This document shows, one piece after another, positions 7,714-15,481 of a DNA stretch of 36,937 nt. The stretch is taken from positions 1 to 36,937 of IMG/VR virus record IMGVR_UViG_3300045988_048969; one strand, 5' to 3'. Made by a program: the position numbers and the translations under genes. The DNA is from a virus. Numbering within the stretch: position 1 is the stretch's first letter; every line of letters begins with the position of its first letter. The notes beneath the pieces were generated by a model, which was not told the DNA's origin, did not search any database, and worked only from the letters and a program-made list of their open reading frames with translations.

Positions 7714-8502
7714 ATAGCAGTAATTAGAGTTATCAAGAACAGAAACTATACAGTGATGAGCAATACACATTTAAAAGATAAGCGCTTATCACTAAAAGCA
7801 ATAGGCTTGTTAAGTGTTGTTCTTAGCTTACCGGATGATTGGCATTATACAGTAAATGGGTTAGTTGGAATTGTAAAAGACGGTGAAAGAGCAGTAAATG
7901 GAGCATTATCTGAATTAAAGGAAAATGGATATTTAAGAATAGAAAAACTTTATCCAAATAAAGATGGAAGAAGTAAAATTGAATATCAATATATTTTCAG
8001 TGAAACGCCTCAAGACCTACAAAACGTACCTCTTGAGCAAGACATACAAAATGTAGGTCTACATAATGTAGGACTACAAGATGTAGGTTTACATAATGTA
8101 GGACTACAAGATGTAGGTTTACAAAATGTAGGTACTTATAAATATACTAATAAACCAAATACTAATAACAAAAATACTAATAACAAAGTAAGTAAACACA
8201 AATACGGTGAATATTCACACGTATTACTTACAGATAAAGAACACACACACCTATTAGATTTATATGGAGATTCATTAGATGAGCATATAAAGATATTAGA
8301 TGAGTACATTGAAACATCCGGAAAGAAATACAAAAACCATTCACTAGTGATTCAGAAGTGGGTTCATGATGAATGGTTGAAAAGAAATAAAGATAAGCCT
8401 ATCACACTTGATTCAAAGTTTTATGCAGAGCAAAACACAAAAACAGATAAAGAAGTACAAGATGAATTTAACAGGCTTAGAGCACAACTATTTGGAGCAT
8501 AG
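7714..8502 (+). CDS. Replication initiator / replisome organizer (winged-helix N-domain, DnaD-like C-domain)
   Basis: RNYTVMSNTHLKDKRLSLKAIGLLSVVLSLPDDW...LSELKENGYL. Probable ATA 7714 start 6 nt after GGAGGTG 7701-7707; alternatives TTG 7696 and GTG 7705 lack an SD. Confidence 0.7.
   Translation: MAVIRVIKNRNYTVMSNTHLKDKRLSLKAIGLLSVVLSLPDDWHYTVNGLVGIVKDGERAVNGALSELKENGYLRIEKLYPNKDGRSKIEYQYIFSETPQDLQNVPLEQDIQNVGLHNVGLQDVGLHNVGLQDVGLQNVGTYKYTNKPNTNNKNTNNKVSKHKYGEYSHVLLTDKEHTHLLDLYGDSLDEHIKILDEYIETSGKKYKNHSLVIQKWVHDEWLKRNKDKPITLDSKFYAEQNTKTDKEVQDEFNRLRAQLFGA
8019..8188. repeat. Putative origin: 15-bp iterons (core ATGTAGG) plus AT-rich 15-bp repeats inside the organizer gene
   Basis: Units at 8046, 8061, 8076, 8091, 8106 and 8121, plus a degenerate copy at 8019. 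8061-8090 is perfectly duplicated at 8091-8120. TACTAATAACA recurs with 15-bp period at 8160 and 8175. Confidence 0.6.
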
Positions 8503-8514
8503 AAAGGGAATTAA

Positions 8515-8772
8515 ATGATTAATTGGATTTGTGGAGCTATATGTGGAAGTGGTGCAACACTTCTTCTATATAGCCTAATGGTAGGAAAAAGGATTCAAGA
8601 AGAACAAGACAAAGCTTGTAAATGTATTTTTAAATACGAAGAATACAGAAGAAGAATCAGAACACTTGAATATCAAAACAAAGAGCTAGAAAAAAGAATC
8701 GTAGAATTACAAACGAAGCACGGTGAAGTCGTAAGCGTTGAATATTATTCGGATTTTGATGAGGTGAAATAA
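8515..8772 (+). CDS. Small membrane-anchored coiled-coil protein
   Basis: N-terminal helix ICGAICGSGATLLLYSLMV. Confidence 0.55.
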   Translation: MINWICGAICGSGATLLLYSLMVGKRIQEEQDKACKCIFKYEEYRRRIRTLEYQNKELEKRIVELQTKHGEVVSVEYYSDFDEVK

Positions 8773-9273
8773 ATGGATTACTTAAAGCCAAAAAAAGAAG
8801 AAAAATGTAATAAATGCAAATATGAATATTTATCAGAATGTGAACATCCTTGTATCGTGTGCAGATGGAAAGTTAAAGAGAGAGGTTTAGCTTTTTTTGG
8901 AAAGTTGAGTTATTTCGAACCTAAAGAAGAAAAAAATGATGATGAAATCGACATGGTCAATCATCCTAAACATTACAACAGAGATGGAGCAATGGAGTGT
9001 ATTGATGAAATGATAGCAGTATTTGGAAAAGATATTGTCGCTTGTTTCTGCTTGTGCAATGTATGGAAATATAGATACAGAGCTTCAGATAATGGACATG
9101 AAGAGGACTTATATAAATCTGACTATTATATGGCTAAGTATAAGGAATTAATTACGGGACGCAGTGTATTAGGCTTTGAAAGTGTTATGGAACTTGAAGA
9201 ATTAGAAGATATTGTAAAAGAAAAATTAGATAAATTGTATTTAGAAAGAGAGATTAAAAGACATGACAAGTAA
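8773..9273 (+). CDS. DUF3310-like protein
   Basis: NHPKHYN...ECID...NVWKYRYRA...EDLYKSDYY pattern. Confidence 0.55.
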   Translation: MDYLKPKKEEKCNKCKYEYLSECEHPCIVCRWKVKERGLAFFGKLSYFEPKEEKNDDEIDMVNHPKHYNRDGAMECIDEMIAVFGKDIVACFCLCNVWKYRYRASDNGHEEDLYKSDYYMAKYKELITGRSVLGFESVMELEELEDIVKEKLDKLYLEREIKRHDK

Positions 9274-9844
9274 AGATTACAAAGAAAGATTAAAAGAAAT
9301 GAGTATTAAAGAGCGAAAAGAAATGTACCGCATAAATAAGCATGATGTTGAATTGATAAAAATAATGCTACAAATGCAAGAAAAGTTAGATGAGCAAATT
9401 TTAAAAGAACATAACATCTCAGAAATTAATGAAGATTTCTTGAATATAGCAATACTCGATGAAATTGGTGAATTAACACATGAATTAAAAGGTGAGTGGT
9501 GTTGGTGGAAGAATACACAAGCACCGGTTGATAAAGAAAAAGTTCTAGAAGAATTAGTTGATATTTGGCATTTTGTATTAAGCCATAGCAACCATTTTGT
9601 GAAAAAAGACTACATTTATGAAAAACAAATGTCTAGAATTAACGACCAAATAAAAGTTTGTTGTAGTGAAGTAATGCGAACAGGATTTGCCGATAAATTA
9701 GTTAGCTTGATAAAGTGCAAAAATTTTAGAATTATAAAACTTATCTTCATTAGTTTATTTTTAGGATTCAGTATTGAAGATGTATATAAAGCATATTGCG
9801 ATAAAAACAAAGTGAATTATCAAAGACTAGAAAGTGGGTATTAA
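9263..9844 (+). CDS. Dimeric (all-alpha) dUTPase-like NTP pyrophosphohydrolase
   Basis: ILDEIGELTHELKGEWCWWK...EELVDIWHFVLSHSN resembles the dimeric dUTPase family. Confidence 0.5.
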   Translation: MTSKDYKERLKEMSIKERKEMYRINKHDVELIKIMLQMQEKLDEQILKEHNISEINEDFLNIAILDEIGELTHELKGEWCWWKNTQAPVDKEKVLEELVDIWHFVLSHSNHFVKKDYIYEKQMSRINDQIKVCCSEVMRTGFADKLVSLIKCKNFRIIKLIFISLFLGFSIEDVYKAYCDKNKVNYQRLESGY

Positions 9845-9845
9845 T

Positions 9846-10085
9846 ATGTGGATTAGAAGCCAAGATGGAAAAATTTTAATGGATTGCGACTTTTTCGCAG
9901 TTGAAGAACACGGCGTTAAATATGGAGTGATTACATTAAGCGGTAAAAGCGGTATAAGCGTTAGTCTAGGTACATATACTACTAAAGGTAAAGCTTTAAA
10001 AGTTTTAAACGATATTCAAGAATGGTACGAATGTTCATACAGTGAAACATTCCAAATGCCACAAGATGAGGATGTTAAAATCTAG
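9846..10085 (+). CDS. Hypothetical protein
   Basis: ATG 9846 is preferred to GTG 9834. Confidence 0.5.
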   Translation: MWIRSQDGKILMDCDFFAVEEHGVKYGVITLSGKSGISVSLGTYTTKGKALKVLNDIQEWYECSYSETFQMPQDEDVKI

Positions 10086-10102
10086 AAAGGAGCTAACTAT
10101 AT

Positions 10103-10558
10103 ATGCCTAATTGGTGTGTAGGAACTTTAAGAGTAAGAGGTACAAAAGAGAATTTAACAAAATTTGTTTTAGAAGGATTACAACCGGTTACTTATATCGG
10201 CGAAGATTTAGAAGCGTTGAAGATGGATGATGATAATGGTCGTGTTAAATGTAGCAGATGCTGGATTAAAGGAACTCGCAGAGGATTTATTCTTGACTTA
10301 GATGAATTTATTTATGATTGGAACGATGAAGGAAAAATTGCAATTGGACTTGAAGCAGAATTCGCATGGGGTATTAGTTCGGAAGAACTATTAAATTCTT
10401 GTAAGCAATATGGAGTTGATATGAGAATTCATGCATTTGAATGTGGAATGTGCTTTAACCAAATTATTGAAATTATTGATGGAGAAATCACCAAGGATGA
10501 AGAAGTTAAATTCGATGATTATAACTGGGATTGTATTTGTCCGAATATAGGAGGATGA
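10103..10558 (+). CDS. Hypothetical protein (MPNWC N-terminus, DUF1281-like)
   Basis: ATG behind AAAGGAG; the family call rests on weak motif memory only. Confidence 0.5.
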   Translation: MPNWCVGTLRVRGTKENLTKFVLEGLQPVTYIGEDLEALKMDDDNGRVKCSRCWIKGTRRGFILDLDEFIYDWNDEGKIAIGLEAEFAWGISSEELLNSCKQYGVDMRIHAFECGMCFNQIIEIIDGEITKDEEVKFDDYNWDCICPNIGG

Positions 10559-10560
10559 AA

Positions 10561-10791
10561 ATGATTGAAGAAAGAATTGATGCATTAATTAAAGTGTATG
10601 AAGGATACATTGATGAGAACAACCAAAGTATCAAAAAACGCAAAAATCTTTTAATCGAGAAATTGGACGATGTACGTTATGAATATCTTAAATTATATGT
10701 CGAAACGATTGAAATATATATGAGAGAAAATGAATTGTTTGAAATGTTTATTGAATCGTTAAAATATGCAAAGACAGGAGAAAGAAAATGA
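10561..10791 (+). CDS. Hypothetical protein
   Basis: ATG 10561 behind AGGAGG. Confidence 0.55.
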   Translation: MIEERIDALIKVYEGYIDENNQSIKKRKNLLIEKLDDVRYEYLKLYVETIEIYMRENELFEMFIESLKYAKTGERK

Positions 10792-11087
10792 ATAATAAAG
10801 AATTGGAAAAAAACTTAGAAAAGGAAAGAAAAAAGCAAAGAGAAGATGCGATAAAAATAAATGGTTTTATCAGATTAGATAAAAGCAGTGCTTCTGAAAT
10901 CGATAAACAAATTGAGCAAACTTATTTATCTTTGCAAAAGAATATTAAATTTGTCTGTACAAATAAAGACTTGATGAACAGTATGCTAGATGAATTAGAC
11001 TACATTGTTTACGCATCGAAACTATATGGTGGAAAGCATGTTATGGAAGAATTGGATAATCGTTACAAAAATAAATTAATGAGTTAA
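10788..11087 (+). CDS. Hypothetical protein
   Basis: ATGA overlap with the upstream gene. Confidence 0.55.
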   Translation: MNNKELEKNLEKERKKQREDAIKINGFIRLDKSSASEIDKQIEQTYLSLQKNIKFVCTNKDLMNSMLDELDYIVYASKLYGGKHVMEELDNRYKNKLMS

Positions 11088-11100
11088 AAGGAGAATGAAA

Positions 11101-11361
11101 ATGATTAGATTACAAAATAACTATGCAATCACTTCTAGCAGTGGTTCATTCGCCCTTGTAATGTTTGGAAAGGGTAAGGATAAAGAAGGGAATGAGATAG
11201 ACGTACAAAAGCCTATCTCATACCATGCAACGCTAGAATCGGCTTTACAAAGATATTCTAATTGTGTGATAGCAGATTTAGTTAGCAACTTTGATTTAGG
11301 CTTGAAAGATGTTGAACAAGTTATAAACGAGCTTAAAGAGGAGATAAAGGCATATGAATAG
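11101..11361 (+). CDS. Hypothetical protein
   Basis: ATG 11101 lies 7 nt after AAGGAG; ATG 11095 is an alternative. Confidence 0.55.
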   Translation: MIRLQNNYAITSSSGSFALVMFGKGKDKEGNEIDVQKPISYHATLESALQRYSNCVIADLVSNFDLGLKDVEQVINELKEEIKAYE

Positions 11362-11536
11362 CAAGCACGCAGATAGATATGAAGAATTACGTAAGGTAAA
11401 CCCAAATTTAGCAATGGAGTATTTAAGAATTTACACAACTATGGATAAAGCTCAAAAACATTTTAATAATTTTAAAAAAGAATGTAACGATTGGCTAGAT
11501 AACATTTATAAGTTAGGAGTGAAAGAAAATGAATAA
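11354..11536 (+). CDS. Hypothetical protein
   Basis: ATG behind GAGGAG. Confidence 0.5.
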   Translation: MNSKHADRYEELRKVNPNLAMEYLRIYTTMDKAQKHFNNFKKECNDWLDNIYKLGVKENE

Positions 11537-12167
11537 ATATCAAAAAGCTATTGAAGTAATAGATACATTGCTTCACTTGATGTGTGGAGAAGAAAGAGAA
11601 GATGGATATAAGCCAACTATGGAAGAAATGTCTAATTCTATGGAGTTGCTAAAAGATTTAGTTAATAAAGAAGATTCATTTGAATGGATTCCTGTTTCTG
11701 AAAGACTTCCGGATGAGCATGATAGTATCTTTGCTAAATTGTATGGAACAGATAAATGGGGCAATATGCTTTGGAGAACAACATCAAATAGAGTGATTGC
11801 AACAATTAAATATAATGACGGTACGGTAATTGTTAAAGAGGCATTTACTCATGATGGGGAATGGACTGTCGAGAAGAGAAACACAAACTGTAAAGTTATA
11901 GCTTGGATGCCTTTTCCAAAACCATATAATAAGGAGCAAGAAAATGACGCTAGAGAAATGTTTGAAAAACTTGGATGGCTAGAAGAAGAAACTTGTACCA
12001 ACGAATCAGAATATAATTTAGTAGATGGATTTGAATGTTCAAATTGTGGAATTATTATCGAAAATTATAACGAAATCGAAATTGATGAAGATTATCCAGA
12101 AGATAGATGTATGAAAGAATACGCACCGAGATATTGTCCAAATTGTGGTCGAAAGATTGTAGATTGA
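11529..12167 (+). CDS. DUF551-like protein with C-terminal zinc ribbon
   Basis: WIPVSERLPDE ... AWMPFPKPY, then CSNCG...CPNCG. Confidence 0.5.
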   Translation: MNKYQKAIEVIDTLLHLMCGEEREDGYKPTMEEMSNSMELLKDLVNKEDSFEWIPVSERLPDEHDSIFAKLYGTDKWGNMLWRTTSNRVIATIKYNDGTVIVKEAFTHDGEWTVEKRNTNCKVIAWMPFPKPYNKEQENDAREMFEKLGWLEEETCTNESEYNLVDGFECSNCGIIIENYNEIEIDEDYPEDRCMKEYAPRYCPNCGRKIVD

Positions 12168-12178
12168 GGAGGATTTAA

Positions 12179-12712
12179 ATGAAAACAAAGGAAGAATATG
12201 AAAAAGCATTAAAAGAAATGAATGACGCTTTTTACGGTATTACTTTTTTAAACAGTCAAACGAGAAGATTTGACGACAACTTAAATCTTTTACGTGAATT
12301 AGTAAATGAGCATTTTGAAGAAAAAGATAAACATTTTGAAGAAAAATCAAAAACAAATCTAGAATTTTATTACGATGATTTGTTAGAAGAAGGATTCAGT
12401 GATTTTGCCGTTGTTAACGGAAAAATTAAGTCGTGTTTATATGTACCATGCGATAAATGTGAATTTAAAAAGAAAGATTGTAGTAAAGATAGGATTACGT
12501 GGTTGTTAAGTCAACGAAAAAATCCGAAATATAAATTTACACAATTTGAATACGACTTAATAAATACATACAGGCATGTCGATGATAGATGTAAATTTAA
12601 TGGTTGTTATCAATTAAAAAGTTTGAAAGAAAAAGGATATTTCAAAAATGTGGATAAAAATGAATTAATTAAAGATATTCTAGAGAATTGTGAGGTAATA
12701 AAAAATGATTAA
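12179..12712 (+). CDS. Hypothetical Cys-rich protein
   Basis: ATG behind GAGGAGG; internal duplication HFEEKDKHFEEKSK. Confidence 0.55.
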   Translation: MKTKEEYEKALKEMNDAFYGITFLNSQTRRFDDNLNLLRELVNEHFEEKDKHFEEKSKTNLEFYYDDLLEEGFSDFAVVNGKIKSCLYVPCDKCEFKKKDCSKDRITWLLSQRKNPKYKFTQFEYDLINTYRHVDDRCKFNGCYQLKSLKEKGYFKNVDKNELIKDILENCEVIKND

Positions 12713-13187
12713 TGTAGCAGTAATAGCAGGACATCTAACAAAAGATGTCGAATTATCAAAAACACAAAATGGAAATAGCGTAGCAAAGTTTACGGTAGCA
12801 GTAAATGGATACAATGACACTACAGATTTTATTAATTGTGTGGCATGGAATAAATTGGCAGATATCGTAAATATGTATTGCAAGAAAGGTGATTTAGTTA
12901 CAGTTGAAGGAAGAATCAGTGTTAGAAATTATGAGAACCAACAAGGACAAAGAATTTATATCACTGAAGTTGTAGCTAGTAACGTACAATTACCGCCTAA
13001 AAACACTTCTAATGGGCAGAATTATAGTTCTAATGTAAATGCATATCAATATCCAAATCAAGCAAATAGCAACGCTTACGGCGTTCAAAACACATATACG
13101 CAACCTAGTTTAACACAACAGATTGCACAACAAGAATATAACGGTGAAAGCAATTTAGATATTGCTTCAGATGATTTACCATTCTAG
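12705..13187 (+). CDS. ssb: Single-stranded DNA-binding protein
   Basis: OB-fold N-domain, Q/N-rich linker and acidic tip DDLPF. Confidence 0.9.
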   Translation: MINVAVIAGHLTKDVELSKTQNGNSVAKFTVAVNGYNDTTDFINCVAWNKLADIVNMYCKKGDLVTVEGRISVRNYENQQGQRIYITEVVASNVQLPPKNTSNGQNYSSNVNAYQYPNQANSNAYGVQNTYTQPSLTQQIAQQEYNGESNLDIASDDLPF

Positions 13188-13199
13188 GAGGTGGCACTA

Positions 13200-13394
13200 A
13201 TAGAAATGAATTATGAAGAAAGGATTAAAGAGTTAATTTCTAAAAACAACAGACTAGGAAGGAAGAATATTGAATTGGAGCAGACTTTAAAAGAAAGAAA
13301 CGCAACAATTCATACTCAAGCTAAAGAAATTAAGAAATTAAGAAGTGAAGTTGGCGAATTAAAGGATAGATTGTATAAGGTATACAGTTCATGA
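13200..13394 (+). CDS. Coiled-coil hypothetical protein (start ambiguous: ATA 13200 or ATG 13206)
   Basis: AGGAGG 13186-13191 lies 8 nt before ATA 13200 and 14 nt before ATG 13206. Track GTG 13191 lies inside the SD. Confidence 0.5.
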   Translation: MEMNYEERIKELISKNNRLGRKNIELEQTLKERNATIHTQAKEIKKLRSEVGELKDRLYKVYSS

Positions 13395-13717
13395 GTACAT
13401 ATGAAGATATTAAGAGACACTTCTTGTGTGAATGCCAATCGTACACATATTATGAGCAAAAGATAGCAGAGCTACAAAGAGATGAAGCAATTTATCCATT
13501 AAAAGCCGAGCTATTCTTGGCTCATGCAGATTATGCAAGAAGAATGAATTATGTAAAAGACAAATTAAGCCAACTTGATGATACAACTCGAACAATGATT
13601 GAGTATAGATATATAAAGGGATTCAGTGCAGAAAAAACATCTAATATTGTAGGTTATGCAAGAGAAGAAATTCCAAGAAAAATAAATAAGAACTTAAAGA
13701 AAGTGCTCACAATGTGA
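13391..13717 (+). CDS. Sigma-70 region-4-like late transcriptional activator (putative)
   Basis: MIEYRYIKGFSAEKTSNIVGYAREEIPRKINKNLKKV HTH; last gene before the packaging/late block. Confidence 0.5.
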   Translation: MSTYEDIKRHFLCECQSYTYYEQKIAELQRDEAIYPLKAELFLAHADYARRMNYVKDKLSQLDDTTRTMIEYRYIKGFSAEKTSNIVGYAREEIPRKINKNLKKVLTM

Positions 13718-13726
13718 GCATTTTTT
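13704..13726 (+). terminator. Rho-independent terminator (palindrome TGCTCACAaTGTGAGCA plus T6)
   Basis: Arms 13704-13711 and 13713-13720, then TTTTTT 13721-13726. Confidence 0.6.
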
Positions 13727-13743
13727 CATGTAATAATTGTTTT

Positions 13744-13819
13744 AGCAGGATAGAGCAGTAGTAGCTCACTAGTCTTATTAGCTAGAGGTCGAATGGTGCA
13801 AATCCTTCTCCTGCAACCA
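13744..13819 (+). tRNA. tRNA, anticodon UAU (reads AUA), initiator-like identity elements, CCA encoded
   Basis: Hand-folded 76-nt cloverleaf. Acceptor AGCAGGA/TCCTGCA (A1xA72), D stem GAGC/GCTC, anticodon stem CTAGT/GCTAG, loop CTTATTA, variable AGGTC, T arm GAA(T)GG-TGCAAAT-CCTTC, then A73 and CCA. Confidence 0.7.
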
Positions 13820-13901
13820 TGTTTACAAAGCCTATCAGTAAGTCCTTCCCAAATTAGATGTTAAATACCAACAATGGCATACAATTAGGCTTTGATATAT
13901 T

Positions 13902-13926
13902 ACCGAGCGTTTGTCTCGGTTCTTTT
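13902..13926 (+). terminator. Rho-independent terminator downstream of the tRNA
   Basis: Stem ACCGAG(13902-13907)/CTCGGT(13915-13920), then TCTTTT. Confidence 0.5.
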
Positions 13927-13944
13927 AATAATAAGGAGGAGAAT

Positions 13945-14190
13945 ATGGGTTCAAAAGAATTTCAAGAATTAGCAATGAATGCAGTATTTCAAGTAAATCC
14001 AAATATTGCAATCAGTGAAATGTTCGTTGTATGGATGGTTAAAGTGCTTCAAAACAATAAAGCATTAATTAGTGCTAAGAGCACAGATAACTATTACGAA
14101 GTAACGTATAACGGCGATAAAAAGGAATTATACGTTGATGAATACATCAAGAATACAAATACCTGTCTAAATGTAAATGATGCTCTATGA
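13945..14190 (+). CDS. Hypothetical protein
   Basis: ATG 13945 behind AAGGAGG. Track start 13858 would read through the terminator hairpin and the SD. Confidence 0.6.
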   Translation: MGSKEFQELAMNAVFQVNPNIAISEMFVVWMVKVLQNNKALISAKSTDNYYEVTYNGDKKELYVDEYIKNTNTCLNVNDAL

Positions 14191-14210
14191 GCTTAAAAAA
14201 GGGGGATAAA

Positions 14211-14713
14211 ATGGAGATTATTAGATTAAAAATCAATGACATTACACCTTACGAAAAGAATGCAAAGATTCATACTGAAGCACAAATTGAACAAATTAAG
14301 AAATCTATTCAAGAATTTGGTATGAATGACCCAATCGCAGTATGGGGGGGAACAATACCATAGTTGAAGGTCATGGGCGATTAGAAGCTTTAAAGCAATT
14401 AGGCTATACAGAAGTTGACTGTATCAGACTAGACCATTTGACAGATGAAGAAAGAAAAGCTTATACACTTGCTCACAACAAAATCAATATGAATACAGGA
14501 TTCGACATTGATTTGTTAGACGAAGAATTAGACAGTATCGAAGATATTGATATGTCTGATTTTGGATTTACCGAGCAAGATATTGATTGGGATAATGTAG
14601 AAGATTTAAGTGATGATTCTTATGAAGAACCTCAACATGAAATGTGGAAATGCCCTCAGTGTGGACACGTAGATAGAAAAGAACACTTTAAAGGAGTTCG
14701 TGACAATGAATAA
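14211..14713 (+). pseudogene. ParB/Srx-like nuclease-domain protein with C-terminal zinc ribbon, frame broken at a G7 tract
   Basis: ATG 14211 behind GGGGGA. N-part INDITPYEKNAKIHTEAQIEQIKKSIQEFGMNDPIAVWGG stops at TAG 14361-14363. The continuation NNTIVEGHGRLEALKQLGYTEV... lies in the -1 frame; one extra G in G7 (14344-14350) restores a single ORF. Confidence 0.7.
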
Positions 14714-14725
14714 AACTATACCTAA

Positions 14726-15481
14726 TTGAAAATATTTCTAAGCGCATTAGAGGTGCAACGAGGTAAGAAATCATTATCAAGAATCTTAGTCGAGCAAGGC
14801 ATTCAAATGAAGTATAACCTTATGTCTTATTACTACCTAAGAAAGAATTTAAATGACGCATATTTCATAAAAGAGAACAGTCAATTAGTAATCATAGACA
14901 GTGGAGCGCATAGTTTCCAAAAGGGTACAAAAGTTGATTGGGTAGAATATACAAAACAATACGCAGAATTTATCAAAGAATTTGATGAGGACAAGGTTGT
15001 AGGATATTTTGAAATGGATGTAGACAACATCTTAGGCTATGAAAAGGTATTAGAGTTAAGAAAAATATTAGAATCTGTATCTGATAAGATTATTCCTGTA
15101 TGGCATAAGAACAGAGGAATACAAGACTTCAAAGATATGTGCAAGAAATATCAAGGTAAGGTTGTAGCAATTACAGGATTCAAGAATGAAGATATTAAAG
15201 ATGAACAATACATTATGTTCTTGAAATATGCAAAGAAATATAATTGCAAGGTTCATTGCCTTGGTATGACAAGAAAAAAAGTGCTTGATAGAGTGCCGTT
15301 TGATTATTGTGATTCAAGTACATGGGTACAACAATCAGTTTATGGGCGTATCAATGGGCTAGGCAAAGTATCAAGAGAAATGTCAAGAACAAATAGAGAA
15401 CAAGTAATGATAGAGAATTATAAGCAATTTATGCAAATGCAAGAAAAATATGAACAAAAATGGAGGAACGTGAATAAATAG
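14726..15481 (+). CDS. dpdA: DpdA-like (TGT-paralog) 7-deazaguanine DNA transglycosylase, putative
   Basis: MKIFLS..., IDSGAHSFQ (compare DSGGFQ), IPVWHK, VHCLGMT and CDSSTW follow the order of DpdA/TGT core motifs as I recall them. TTG start with no clear SD. Confidence 0.6.
   Translation: MKIFLSALEVQRGKKSLSRILVEQGIQMKYNLMSYYYLRKNLNDAYFIKENSQLVIIDSGAHSFQKGTKVDWVEYTKQYAEFIKEFDEDKVVGYFEMDVDNILGYEKVLELRKILESVSDKIIPVWHKNRGIQDFKDMCKKYQGKVVAITGFKNEDIKDEQYIMFLKYAKKYNCKVHCLGMTRKKVLDRVPFDYCDSSTWVQQSVYGRINGLGKVSREMSRTNREQVMIENYKQFMQMQEKYEQKWRNVNK

Noticed and set aside
8019-8136. Tandem 15-bp repeats as a possible CRISPR array
   Set aside because: The units are contiguous with no spacers, lie in frame inside a coding gene and have iteron character. 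No CRISPR array is present anywhere in the window.
13858-13944. Upstream extension of ORF 13858-14190
   Set aside because: It would translate through the terminator hairpin (13902-13926) and through the AAGGAGG that serves ATG 13945.
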